From NCBI GenBank assembly GCA_032718475.1, contig JAUCBJ010005732.1, forward strand, positions 11,892-75,891: a DNA stretch of 64,000 bases, given 5' to 3'. The DNA comes from Nemertoderma westbladi (lineage: Eukaryota > Animalia > Xenacoelomorpha). The number at the start of each line of letters is the position of its first letter. The stretch's first letter is position 1. The position numbers were made by a program, and so were the translations under genes. Positions 12,948 to 25,298 of this stretch are shown piece after piece. The notes below the pieces were generated by a model. It was not told the origin of the DNA and did not search any database. It was given only the letters and a program-made list of their open reading frames with translations.

Positions 12948-15470
12948 CAGTGCCGGATTAACCTTAAGGCATATAAGGCACGTGCCTTAGGGCCAGACGA
13001 AAATACGGGCCATTTTTTCTCAGCGAGTCTGTGAAAAAAACTATTTTTATCTGAAAAGTCCACATTTTTTCTCACTAAAATTTCTAGAAAACAGAACAAA
13101 GGTGCATTTTTCGACTATTTCCTATCACTAGATTTGTGGTAGAAATTGCAAAATTGTAGCTCAATCGACCGACAGCTGCTTGTGTTATTAGTTCAAGACC
13201 GGATAGCAGTGAAATAATAAAATATGGGCAGTAAAACATTAAAGTGCTAATTATGAACAATGGAGAATTTAATTTTATTTATTTGTGGGGAATTATTTGT
13301 AGTTATGTACTTAAAACTTTCTAGAACAACTAAATACAAGATGGAATTTCATTAAAATTTCCAGAAGGTCGGAGTAACTATCGAGACACACCAGGAACCT
13401 AAAAAAATTGAAATTTTTTTGTGTCTATGTTTTAATTGCACCAAAAACCAAAAATGACACATTTTCGAAGTTTATATTAGAAATACATTTGATAATTGTT
13501 TTAAACATATGTTTTTAGAGGTTCCACAATTGTGTCTCACAACTAAAAACCTGCTGCGAAAATTTCAGCTTATTCCATCAAGCCGTTCTCGTGAAAAAGG
13601 TACATTTATTTCGAAATTTCACGAAAAATAAGATGCTGAGAAAAACGCATTTTAAGTTTTCAAACCTTCCCGCTAATTTTATGTAAAACGCGGGAAATTT
13701 CAAAAATAAGCCAAAATATAATAAACTACTCCAGCAAAAATTTACCAACCAAAATTTACGAACCAAAATTTACGATTTAGGGGTTTTCGTAGTCGCTTAA
13801 TTTATTTCTGATATATGTTTTAATGTTTGATGATATCTGAACTGCCTGTCTGTCTTTCATTCTGTCTGTCTGTCTGTCTGACTGTCAATCTCACAGACAA
13901 TAAATAAGTAAGCACATCACTTTACTATAATTTATGATATGGGGGTTTTCCTGGTGTCTGATTCCATTTCCGATGTCAACTTTAATATTTGACTGAACCT
14001 AGAATGTCTGTTTTTATGTCTGTCTGTCTGTCAGTCAAAATATAAGGAGGCATGTCACCTGAATAAAATTTCAGATATGGGGGTTTTCCTAGTCTATGAT
14101 TTCATTTATAATACATGTTTTAATGTTTGATGACATCTGGACTGTCTGTATGTCTATTTGTCTGTCGGTCTGCCTGTCTGTTTGTCTGTCTGTCTGACTA
14201 CGTAGTGTGATTCGTTATGTTTTTGACAGACAGTCCGACAGACGGACAGACAAACTAGATTACGTCAAATTTGAAAACTGACCCCGGAAATGAAATCCGC
14301 GACCACGGGTGGTGTACATTTTTATATCCATAATTTGTTGACAAACAGAAAGACAGACCAATAGACAGACAAAAAGAAAAACAGACAACTTAAGCTTATG
14401 ATGTGATGTTAGGATTTCGATTTCTGAAATCTACGTTAAATTCTGATTTAGAATTAATAAAAAAAAATTTCGAAAATTTTCATATTTTTGAAAAGTACTG
14501 GGGTACCATCTCCCCCTAATTTAACCGAAATTCAGATGTTCTGCCCTCGTATATTGCATTTTGCATACGATGGCATTTTAGGTGCAATTCTGGCAAAACC
14601 TAAAACTGTCGGACAGCATAATTGAATTTGGGTAAATTAAAATTAGTGACAAAAAGTACTTATTTCCGAGACTGTTCTCTTATCGAAGAACATTACTTTC
14701 TCAGCAAGTTCAAATCTAGATCAGAAATATTATACTGTATCTTTGCACTAAGCCCGCACTTTTGGTGTGTTATATTTATCCTGTAAAGATAAGTACCCTG
14801 CAAAACCTACAGCAAATAAATAACACATTCCCACGATTCGATCAAAATTGCTAAATGCCTACAGGGGCCAGTCAGCCTTAAGGTGGCTAACTATAACACC
14901 TACAGAAATGAAATTTTCGAAAATTTACAAATTTTTTTGTAGTTTGATAGAAGGGCTTTCATAAAAGGTGATATCTGTTTTCAACATTGAATTATTTTTT
15001 GACCTCAAAACTGCTCTTTTCAACAACATAATATATTGCTGATATTTATGCCTCTCTGTATAAAACAACCTTTTTATCAGTATGTCGATTTTGACTTTTT
15101 TCATCACTAAATTGCCTACTACTTTTTTTATTTTTTACTCAATTTCCATTAAACATATACCAAAATGTTTAGCATCTTTAGGGCTACAATCGTGAATATT
15201 GGTTTGTAAAACATTGCCATTTGGATCTTCTAGAACCGATTTTGTAACGATTTGCTACACTTTGTCTATCACAAAATAGTACTTAGTACTTATTTACACG
15301 CAGTCATCCAACGAAAATACTTTATATTTCCTTCGCAACATTTTCAAATTTCAGTTGTTTTTAGCAGCTTTTTCTTTTGAAAGGGTTTGCGGAAAAATAT
15401 CAACTTTCGGGCCATTTTTGGAAATTACTAAAATGTGCCTTAGGGCCACCAGAGGCTTAATCCGGCACTG
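12948..15470. mobile_element. Non-autonomous hAT DNA transposon (2523 bp) inserted in LINE ORF2
   Basis: Perfect 14-bp TIR CAGTGCCGGATTAA/TTAATCCGGCACTG; perfect 8-bp TSD AAAGTTAC (12940-12947, 15471-15478); no transposase ORF; internal (GTCT/GACA)n tracts. Confidence 0.92.
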
Positions 15471-15754
15471 AAAGTTACTTTTCAGTATAGAGAGAAATTT
15501 AGTTGATTTAGATTTTGGTGCGCTATTTAGCTAACCGTCCGGGTCTGCGTGGCCACTCTCACAAGTTAAATGTACCTAGATGTAGATTAATTATTTCTAA
15601 AAACTCATTTACCAGCCGTGTTGTGCCAGTCTGGAATGATTTGCCAGAAGATATAGTAGATTCCAGAACACTTGTCAGTTTTGCGACCAAGCTCAAGAAC
15701 CACGATTTCCTACCAATTTGCAAATTTAATCGACCACTAATCGGTCGCTCGTAA
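15471..15754 (+). pseudogene. LINE ORF2 C-terminus resuming after the hAT insertion
   Basis: RGHSHKL...KNSFTSRVVPVWNDLPEDIV...SFATKL, the canonical CR1 ORF2 C-terminal motif. Confidence 0.88.
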
Positions 15755-16000
15755 TAAATGTTTCTGGGCTCTACGGTATTTACAGTTAATTTTATTCGTA
15801 TTTCTTTTTAAATTTGTTTTTTTTTAAGTTGATGTAAATTTTAATGTTTAGTGATTTTAAATTTTGTTTTTTATTAACACCCGTAAGCGCTGATACGCCT
15901 GGGTGGTTTTTCTCCCTCCACTAATTATGTTTTATCTTACTTAACGTGCAACAAATAGTTATAATATGATGTAATAAAGGAGTGTTGACTAATGTTCAAT

Positions 16001-16031
16001 CAATAAAAGTCAAGGTCAAACATTTGAACAG
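16001..16031 (+). pseudogene. Helitron/Pif1-family helicase exon, 3' part
   Basis: (I)NKSQGQTFEQ followed by donor-like GTTTGT at 16032; continues in frame from AFAMTI at 8921. Confidence 0.82.
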
Positions 16032-17216
16032 GTTTGTGGCTCACTCCATGAAAAGTTCAACCTCCCCACTAATTTCTAAAAATGAGATGTAGCTTTGAAT
16101 TTATACTTCTTTTAGGTCAAAATTTATCGTACTTCCTGAATTCAGTGCTAAAAATTGTATCAACACAGGTGGTTTCTCAAAAATAGCACCTGCTCTGCAC
16201 AAAATGTGAATAAAAGTGTGCAAAAGTTTCGTTTCCTGTAGGCACTTCCTATGACCAATAAATTAACATTTCTGAGCATGTACCAAATCAAAAACAAACC
16301 CATTTTCGAATTTTTTTGGTTTCATTTAATTTCACCAGTGTTTCATTCCTTTGTAATGAAATCGATAAAGTTAATCATGTGATGTCCCATACTTTAACTA
16401 AAATAGTGAAATTTTTAGTTTATTCACAAAGATGAAACTCAGCCTAATCACCCAGTGGAATGCAAAGCACGTTTGTGTTGCGTCATCGTATAAAACAATT
16501 AGTTTCATCTTCACTCCCTCAGAATATTCATGGCGGCCAATTGAAAATTATCCCATACTTTACCATTAATAATGGCGATTATATTAGTGCACTGTATTAA
16601 TCTAATATGTAAAGCCAGGAGTGTTATACAGTAATACTCTAAGGCCATAGTAGGCCGTAAGAGTATGAGTCTATATTTGAACTGAGAATCATTCCTCAGT
16701 CAAGAAATCTTTGAGTTTATGCATGTAAAGTCCCGTACTTTACAACAAATTTCAAAAAATGTAGTTTTTTAGCAGATAAGAAGATCGGTAAGTACAGTAA
16801 TTGATACATTTTCAGAAAAATGGAAAGAATTTCTAAACTTTTCACAGACTACATGTGTACCAAGTTTGGTTATTTTTCATCAATAATTGGCGGACTTATT
16901 TCGGTTTTTATCAAAATTTTGAAACTATCGGTACCAACAGACAGATTGCCTGATATGTGACCTTTGATTCATTAAACCTCAGATTCTTTCCAAACTTTTG
17001 ACAGACTTCATACGTACCAGGTTTGGTTTAATTTCATCTATAAATGACAAGAGTTATACAATATTAGCGATCAAAAATTAGACAGATGACAGACAACTCC
17101 TCAACGGCACCCATATGCTAAGACTTCGGGTCAATTTGGGGGTCGCCGCACATTTTGCATCCATATCTTGGTTGGAAATACTTAGTTGCACTTTATTATC
17201 ACTAATTATCCAGAAG

Positions 17217-17508
17217 TGAGGTGCTGCTTCCCAGTGGTTAGACGGATACACTTCTACCTTGTTTCACTTTACCGTCCCGTCTCCCTTGGGAACTTCTATC
17301 TATTGTCTCCTTTCTAGCACTAGCTACTTGAGAAAGCCCCCATTGGGGCGAAACCTACTGATCAGCTGACAGCCGTCAGCTTATCACTGAGTGCATGCAA
17401 CGTCTAATGGTCAGTTGCTTTTTTATTTTAGTATTTGTATCGTACTGTACTGGCATACCTACCGGTAAGGTTTTTACTTCAGCTTGACAATTAAAGAATA
17501 AAATAATT
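17217..17508 (+). repeat. Penelope 5' pseudo-LTR
   Basis: Differs from 21709-22000 by only a few substitutions (offset 4492). Confidence 0.93.
17322..17419 (+). ncRNA. Hammerhead-ribozyme-like motif (type I, variant core) in 5' pLTR
   Basis: AGCTAC-TTGAGAAA-GCCCC CATT GGGGC-GAAACC ... GGTC-AGTTGCT: variant CUGANGA box, stem II, GAAA box, GUC triplet and stem I complement. PLEs are known to carry such motifs. Confidence 0.65.
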
Positions 17509-17829
17509 GTATTAACTCAAGCATTTAATTATTATTTATATATTTCCTTTTGGGTTTGCTTGTACCAAGTGTTCGTGGTTACTTCTATTCACCAGCAACG
17601 GGGTTGCAGTTTCCGATCCGCCTGTCATCGTCATCCGACTTCGACAGTCAGGTGACTTCGTATTCGGTTGCTGGTTGGCGACGGATTTGATTGGCTGGCG
17701 TTTGTATGTGGGTTGTGGTCTTTGAGCACCCCAGTCGGTCCCTGTCGTACCGAGTTTCTCGGTTAGTCTGCGCGCCACAGATCTTGGTTTACTGGCATCA
17801 GTTTCTCGGCTGTTCCTTGCCAACAAGTA

Positions 17830-18955
17830 CGGGTTCTCATCTGCGAGTTCGGGTCTCATCTGCGAGTTTGGGTTCTCATCACGAGTTCGGGTTCTCATCT
17901 AAGAGTTTGGGTTCGCTTCTAGGAGTTCGGGTTCTCATCTACGAGCTCGGGTTCTCATCTACGAGTTTGTGTTCTCATCTACGAGTTCGGGTTCGCATCA
18001 ACGAGTTTGGGTCTCATCTACGACAGTACGAGTTTGGGTTCTCATCTACGAGTTCGTGTTCTCATCTACGAGTTCGGGTTCTCATCTGCGAGTTCGGGTT
18101 CTCATCACAAGTTCGGGTTCTCATCTACGAGCTCGGGTTCTCATCTACGAGTGAGTCGGGATCGCATCAACGAGTTCGGGTCTCATCTACGACAGTACGA
18201 GTTTGGGTTCTCATCTATGAGTTCGTGTTCTCATCTACGAGTTCGGGTTCTCATCTGCGAGTTCGGGTTATCATCACGAGTTCGGGTTCTCATCTACGAG
18301 TTCGGGTTTGCTTCTACGAGTTCGGGTTCTCATCTACAAGCTCGGGTTCTCATCTACGAGTTTGTGTTCTCATCTACGAGTTCGGGTTCTCATCTGCAAG
18401 TTCGGGTTCTCATCATGAGTTCGGGTTCTCATCTATGAGTTTGGGTTCGCTTCTACGAGTTCGTGTTCTCATCTACGAGTTCGGGTTCTCATCTGCGAGT
18501 TCGGGTTATCATCACGAGTTCGGGTTCTCATCTACGAGTTCGGGTTCGCTTCTACGAGTTCGGGTTCTCATCTCCGAGCTCGGGTTCTCATCTACGAGTT
18601 CGGGTTCTCATCTACGAGTGAGTCGGGATCGCATCAACGAGTTCGGGTCTCATCTACGACAGTACGAGTTCGGGTTCTCATCTACGAATTCGTGTTCTCA
18701 TCTACGAGTTTAGGTTCTCATCTGCGAGTTCGGGTTCTCATCACGAGTTCGGGTTCTCATCTACGAGTTCGGGTTCGCTTATACGAGTTTGGGTTCTCAT
18801 CTATGAGCTCGGGTTCTCATCTACGAGTTCGGGTTCTCATCTACGAGTTCGGGTTCGCAGCAACGAGTTTGGGTCTCATCTACGACAGTACGAGTTTGGG
18901 TTCTCATCTACGAGTTCGAGTTCTCATCTACGAGTTCGGGTTCTCATCTACGAGT
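17830..18955. repeat. ~20-bp minisatellite with higher-order structure inside the Penelope 5' region
   Basis: Unit ACGAGTTCGGGTTCTCATCT with variants; the block GAGTGAGTCGGGATCGCATCAAC recurs ~468 bp apart. Confidence 0.93.
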
Positions 18956-19238
18956 TATTCGGTTTTTCGCCATAAGATTATTAGACTTTGGTATACAGTT
19001 TTATATTTTTATTCATTTTTAACCTTCTTTTTAGTCTTTCATTTATTTATTTGATCATCGATTTATTTGAACATTTTTCTGTATTGAGTTATTTTGACAT
19101 AATTATTGGAGTATTGTTGAATCGTCTATTAGGGTCATATTGTTTGTTGTGCCTGTCCAGTGTGCCCTTATGTATTTGAAGTTGAATAGGTTCATTGTCC
19201 TCCTTGGGTGTTATTTTTCAGTGGTTGGGTTGGTTGGG

Positions 19239-21733
19239 ATGGCTGCCGATGGATCGAACCCTTTTCCCACTGACTTCGTGGCTGCGCTCCGTGGGAAGGG
19301 GGAGTGGAGAACGTTCCTCAGGTATAGAGATGTGGTTCTCAAAGCGGGGAACCTTGCCACTGACACGGTTTTCTTAACCCGTTGTAGTGATTCTGGTGTG
19401 GTGCCACGGTTTCTGGCATTCAAGGTACCTCCATCTCGTCCATTTGCAGAACCTGATGCTATTCGGGCCTTTCAGCTGCGGTTGCTAAACACAACCTTAG
19501 CTAGGAGGGTGAATGAGCTGAAGGCTGCAGAGGGTCGTGTGGAGAGTACCAAGCATCACCTTGCCACTTGACTGGGAGACTCTCAGCTGATTGAGGATGC
19601 CGTCCACCAGGCTAACACCTGGTGTAACGGTAAACTCGAGCGGTGGAGGGCTGACCAGGACGAGAAGTTTAGGTGGTGGGCCGGAAGCCAAGGGACACCC
19701 TTACTTAATGTCCACGACACAGTCCGGTGCGAGGATGGTATTGTTCTGCCTGAGACGGTTGAGTCGTTGCTCAGACTTGGGGCCAAGAACCCGGTCAAAA
19801 CCAAGTTTGACACCGCACTCTTCTACTCTCAGGTAGATTATTTCACCCACGCCACTGATGCTGACAAAGTAAGTGTGTCACACCACTCCCAGAATTACGC
19901 CAGGTTAATGCGCTTACAGCGGCAGTCAGATGCTGTCGCCACGCCCGCGCGTTACCTGAAGCAACAGGGCCTGATTGCTGTGCCGTTTGACAAGGGGAAC
20001 GGCTATTGTGTTATGAGGAAGGAGTCGTATCTGACCAAGGCTGATACTCTCATCGCCTACCCCGCCAAGTTTGGTCCCCCTCCAGGCCACCCGGGTGCTG
20101 TGAAGATCGATATTTACCGTCGTAGGGCCGAGGTTATACGGGACGAGGTCACCAGTATTGTGGGTAAGGAGAGTAAGGAACTCCTAGCCAAGTTACTACT
20201 GCGCAAGGATACTACTCCCCCGAGGCTGTACGGCCTCGCTAAGGTCCACAAGGCTGGTGTCCCTCTCTGCCCGATAACTTCAATGCCCAGCAGCATCTAC
20301 CACCCTGTCACTGAGTACCTCAGGGACATGTTGCAGGTGCTGCCAGAGGGTAGGATTGGTACTAACAGCGCTGGGGCTGCCGATCGTCTCGCCGAGCTGG
20401 AGGTAGAACCCACGGACCACCTCTACTCCCTGGACGTAGTGAGTTTATTCACTAACGTTCCACTCAAGGAGGCGGTGCAGCTTGCTGCTGATCTACTGTA
20501 CGAGCAACATCCTGACCAGCCTATCAACAAGGACCAATTTATTCGTCTTATGTTGATTGCTACACAGGATGTTGTATTCCTGGATCACCGTGGTAATTAC
20601 CGTTGTCAGAGGGATGGTGTTGCCATGGGCTCCCCTTTGGGTCCCATACTCGCCAACATCTTTCTGTCACAGTTCGATGAGCAGATCGCGGCGGGTACAA
20701 AGCTTAGCGATAGGTACATTGATGACGTGTTTAGCGTTGGTAGCAACGACCCCACTGAGAAGCTGAGAGAGGTAAATGCCCTCCACCCCAATCTTAAGTT
20801 TACACTTGAGTTGGAGGAACAGGGCCGCTTGCCTTTCCTGGATTTGGTTGTGTCCCGTACTGACCACGCGCTTGCGACGGCGTGGTACCGCAAGCCTACA
20901 GATACCGGGCTTGTTCTTAATGCTACTGCGTGTGCCCCTGAGGCATATAAACGGGGGGTAGTTCGTGGAATGTTTCATCGCATTTTCAACGTCAGTAAGG
21001 GCAGGGATGGCTCCCAGCTCCATACTGCAATTGGCGAAGCTAATACCATTCTTAGCAATAACCAATATACGAATGCGATGATTCAACGCGAGCTTACCGC
21101 CGTCCGTGCCGCTAGGGGCGTCCTGGCAATTGTAGTGAGAGCGAGGTGACTGCGGTTGCACCCACTGAGGTCATTGACCTGGTGGATCCAGCACCCGTAG
21201 ATAATCCCAGGCCTATCATCTGTAAGTTTGAGTACCGCGGTCGGGCTACCGAACTTTTCGTTTGTAGGCTACGTGGTCTAGTACCGAGATCTTGCGCACG
21301 GCCAGTGCGGTTTGTTTACACAACTGCCAAACTGCGCCAATTACTGCCATCATTGAAACATCCGGTTCCCGATATTCTGGCTTCTAACGTCGTGTATTCA
21401 TTTGCTTTTCCCTCTTGTAAGGGGGAATATGTTGGACATACCATCCAACACTTATTTGAACGCGTTAGACAGCATCAAGACGGGTCGGCCAATGATGGTA
21501 GTGAACAAGGCAAGACAGTTCACAACCATATCATGACGCACCGCGGGGAGCCCAACACACGTTGGTTGACCGACTGGCGAGAGTTGTTCAAACACTTCAA
21601 GGTTATTGCACGGCACCCTTTGCGTCCTGTCCTGCAAAAACTAGAAATGTTTTATATACGCACTCGCCAGCCAGCTATTAACAAGCAGAAACGTGATTGG
21701 CGCAAGTTTGAGGTGCTGCTTCCCAGTGGTTAG
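19239..21733 (+). pseudogene. Penelope polyprotein (RT + GIY-YIG endonuclease), one in-frame stop and one frameshift
   Basis: RLYGLAKVHK, SLDVVSLFTNVP, GVAMGSPLGPILANIF, RYIDD, LPFLD, YRKPT; then VVYSF..PSCKGEYVGHT...RVRQH...LEMFYI...PAIN. TGA at 19569-19571; frameshift near 21146. Confidence 0.92.
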
Positions 21734-22000
21734 ACGGATACACTTCTACCTTGTTTCACTTTACCGTCCCGTCTCCCTTGGGAACTTCTGTCTATTGTCT
21801 CCTTTCTAGCACTAGCTACTTGAGAAAGCCCCCATTGGGGCGAAACCTACTGATCAGCTGACAGCCGTCAGCTGATCACTGAGTGCATGCAACGTCTAAT
21901 GGTCAGTTGCTTTTTTATTTTAGTATTTGTATCGTACTGTACTGGCATACCTACCGGTAAGGTTTTTACTTCAGCTTGACAATTAAATAATAAAATAATT
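21709..22000 (+). repeat. Penelope 3' pseudo-LTR
   Basis: Direct copy of 17217-17508; overlaps the ORF stop codon. Confidence 0.93.
21814..21911 (+). ncRNA. Hammerhead-ribozyme-like motif in 3' pLTR
   Basis: Same motif as 17322-17419; here the inserted hairpin TGATCAGCTGAC-AGCC-GTCAGCTGATCA is perfect. Confidence 0.65.
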
Positions 22001-24565
22001 ATCCAGAAATTACTGTTATGTTATGTTAAGTGTAAGAGACCATTTTGACCATAAAATTCGTACAGGTCCCGTACTTTACCTAGCAATGTCCCATACTTTA
22101 CCACACACACCACACTGTAAAAAATTAGCAATGTAGCAATTCGTCTGATATTTATATTTTTATTTAAGCTTAATAATACAGCTTTATCCTAAACATCAAC
22201 TCAACACTGTACCTGCGCACAATTCGCTAAACTTTAGAATTGAAATCATAAAATAAAAAAAACCATTTCGTACGAATCCGTACTTTACCTTAATTGGACA
22301 AGCTGGTGTTTTCTCAAAAGTGACTAAGTCCCGCCATAAGCTTCGCAAAATCAAAGCTGATATTCGAAAGTTCAATCCAAGCACAATTTTGTGCACATAT
22401 GTGCTGTGGATAACATTGTACAGGCAATCAAAGTTCAAAATTGTGTACGAATGTCCCGTACTTTACTTTGGAATGAGCCATTTAAGGAAATGTAATTTTC
22501 AAAAAACGTCTCAAAAAAAGTGCCAAAAGTAGGGTTAAAAAATGGTGCTATAACTTGAAAACTACCCAATATTTTTGTAAACGGTTTTCACTACTAAGAA
22601 GACAATAGATTTTTAGGAAAAGTCATCAATTTTCAGATTCCCAACTGCGTTTGTTTCAGAATTAAAAAAAAAACCACGGGGGGGGGGTTATATTGACCCC
22701 CCCCCCCCCGGGTTTAATAGGGTTAAGTTCTACCACCAGTTCGACCCCCCCCCCCCCCCCCCCCCAGGTTGTTTATCCTACACTAAATGCAACTCCAATC
22801 AATTAATGTACCCCAATGGAGTAGCGAATGGCAACATCTGTTACCTTGAGAGAATTATTGCTTGGCAACACGGAGAGGTAATTAATACACCGTTAATGCC
22901 AATCTAATTAACGGCCGACTTATTCTCGGGTTGGTTGTATTAATATTAGCATGTTTGTGGATTTGTTTATTTTTTGTAATTATTTTCAAATTTAATCAAA
23001 ATTATCGTTTTAACCGGTTTTTTTATGTTGTATATTTTTATCTATAAAGTACGGCTCTACCTCGAGTGAAAATATTGAGTTACTTTATATATATTTGCTT
23101 GTGTTAGACGTAGAATGAAATAAAATGTTTCTTCATTATTAATTCGACGAACTACAGTATATTCTCTGAGTATGCCGAAAGCTAGCCAACCTTGGTCACC
23201 ATGGTTACCAATAGACCACACGTGGTGGTGGTATTACCATAGTAACGAGGAAATCCGACTGGAAATCCGAGAGAACACGACTGCAGGGGAAATGATGACA
23301 GATATCTACCGACACTCTGTCAACAATAATGTTCTAGAACTTTCGCAAAGACGCGACGCTTCTACCTACAGAATACCGCCGGATTTCCTAAACAAATCGA
23401 GAATATAAAACTGGAAACCCTTTTTGTTTCCGCGACAACCGACACCAGACGCGCGACTACGGGGTTTATTTCAACGAGAAGTTTAGGAAGTTTAAATCCT
23501 ACGGAGATAAGCAGCAGCATCTGTCTGCGAACCACATCGAGTGGGTGAGTGACACAGCTGGGCGAGGTACCCGGCCCTACACGTCGGTCTACCGGAGGAG
23601 TTTCAACCGAGTCTCGTCTGTAACCCCGGATACTACCGCGGGGATATCGCTTGATATCCCTCCTGTATTCCGGGCCGCCACCTCGGAATCATTCCGACCC
23701 CACTCCCGCTTCCCCCGTGTCTACCCGACCCCCGTAGTCAGGGCGACTGATCGCTCGGAATATATCCGGGTTGGTATGACAGCCCCTGATTCCGGTTCAT
23801 TTAGGACTCCTCTTCGCTCCCTCGCTTTGGCACAGGAACCGTTCCAGAAACACAATAACTGGCGATATTCAAACAGAGGCGTTAAAATAAAATAGGATTT
23901 ATTTGTATATTATTAGGTAATAAAGAATTTTAATTAACAATTAATTTGTTTAATTATATCAGCTGATTTTGAAAAGTCCAAATTTTGCTCTCGGACCTCC
24001 TCCGACGTTCTCAAAATGTTTCTATAAAATATATTAGGTAATATTAGGCAGACAACTGATACGGATGTTGAAATATTTAAGGCAACACTTATGAGTTAAG
24101 GTTCACCTTAGCTAAGGTTGATTTATATGCAACCGGCCCCTCCTGGTCTAACAGCAAGTTAAGTAAATAAAGTTAAGTTATTGCAACTATAATTTATTAA
24201 TATATTGTAAATATTAACCAAACATAAACCAATAACCCATAACCATCACACATATAAACTGGTAACATATAGCAGAATAGCCAAGATTCAGTCTCTTCTA
24301 AAACTTATTGGGAATTCAAACTGTAAAATAAATAATAAAAACGTTAAAGTAAATAATTTTATAGTAAAAAACGATATTTATTCCGGAACTCATTATTATT
24401 AATCATTATTATTAATCAGGAACTTTTCACCCAAATATATTATTATATTTTATTTATATTATATATTAATATTTTTTATATATTTTATAATTAAATGTAA
24501 AAGTTAGTTTCCAACGCAACTCTATTGAAATTATTTAGTAATTTTATATAAAACTTACAGTTTTA

Positions 24566-25195
24566 CTAAATCCAAATCTTCATTTCAACTCGAGAAGCCG
24601 GACTCCCTCTAGTAAAATCAACCCAATAAGGTCCTTTCTGATCCCCCGCACCATATTCTCCGTTCAAGTTACTGAACCCGCAGCCTGTGTACCACCACGA
24701 CCCAGTATGGTCTACGGCGCAGTTGTCGGAGTCCATCCCGTCATTATCGCGGTCCTTGGTAGAGAATGGTGCACCGTTGTGATACTCCAATGCGTCACCA
24801 GCAGTACCATGGTAACCGGATACATTTAGGGTGTAATTAGTTGCAGCTGATCCGATAGAGAAGTTGTTGTATTCCGCGTATTTGTGTTCGTTGTTGTAAT
24901 TCTTTCTCTCACGATTGTTATTATCATTGGGATCTTCAAACCCCTCTCCAGTGAACCACAAATCGACTCTCAACTTCACCCCGCCTTCACTCAGCTGGTG
25001 GATCTTCTCCAACCCCAACCAAAAATTGTTATTCGGGTCGCCAAATCCATTAACGTATTCGTTCCAAGTGCGGTAAAAGTCAACAGACCCATCAACTCTT
25101 TGTTGAATCTTTATCCCCTGAACCCCTATCAGATGGCCGTAAATATTGTTTAACGCGTTTTGGACGGTTACCAGATCTTGGTCATGGTCATTATC
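24566..25195 (-). CDS. Fibrinogen-related domain (FReD; ficolin/tenascin/tachylectin-like) gene, terminal exon
   Basis: Open frame of 210 codons from acceptor TTTTAG|GAT: ...IQQRVDGSVDFYRTWNEYVNGFGDPNNNFWLGLEKIHQL...YHGTAGDALEYHNGAPFSTKDRDND..NCA...GSWWYTGCGFSNLNG...VEMKI. Confidence 0.93.
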   Translation of the reverse strand, partial: DNDHDQDLVTVQNALNNIYGHLIGVQGIKIQQRVDGSVDFYRTWNEYVNGFGDPNNNFWLGLEKIHQLSEGGVKLRVDLWFTGEGFEDPNDNNNRERKNYNNEHKYAEYNNFSIGSAATNYTLNVSGYHGTAGDALEYHNGAPFSTKDRDNDGMDSDNCAVDHTGSWWYTGCGFSNLNGEYGAGDQKGPYWVDFTRGSPASRVEMKIWI

Positions 25196-25298
25196 CTAAA
25201 ACAATAAATATTGCGTAACTTGAGATTATTTATCTATTAATTCGAAAATATTTTTGTTTTCATCACCATTAGATAAAAATACGAAGCAATTTAGCAGA

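Larger units (their letters stand above)
8922..15996 (+). mobile_element. Near full-length CR1-type LINE (PHD-ORF1, APE-RT ORF2), inactive
   Basis: ORF1 with PHD finger and ORF2 APE+RT fragments; AATAAA at 15973; CAAT duplicated at both ends (8918-8921, 15997-16000); removing it restores the helicase reading frame. Confidence 0.88.
17216..22000 (+). mobile_element. Penelope-like retroelement (RT + GIY-YIG) with direct pseudo-LTRs
   Basis: 292-bp near-identical direct repeats 17217-17508 and 21709-22000; target duplication TAATTATCCAGAA (17203-17215, 21996-22008, partly overlapping the element end); RT and GIY-YIG coding region inside. Confidence 0.93.
16038..22479. mobile_element. Probable non-autonomous TIR element hosting the Penelope insertion
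   Basis: GGCTCACTCCA at 16038 vs reverse complement of right end GGCTCATTCCA; motif CCC(A/G)TACTTTA repeated on both sides of the Penelope element (~16386, 16552, 16731, 22067, 22090, 22278, 22455). TSD unclear. Confidence 0.5.

Noticed and set aside
17691-19054. Long Ser-rich ORFs (340 aa and others)
   Set aside because: Products of the stop-poor 20-bp minisatellite; open in several frames.
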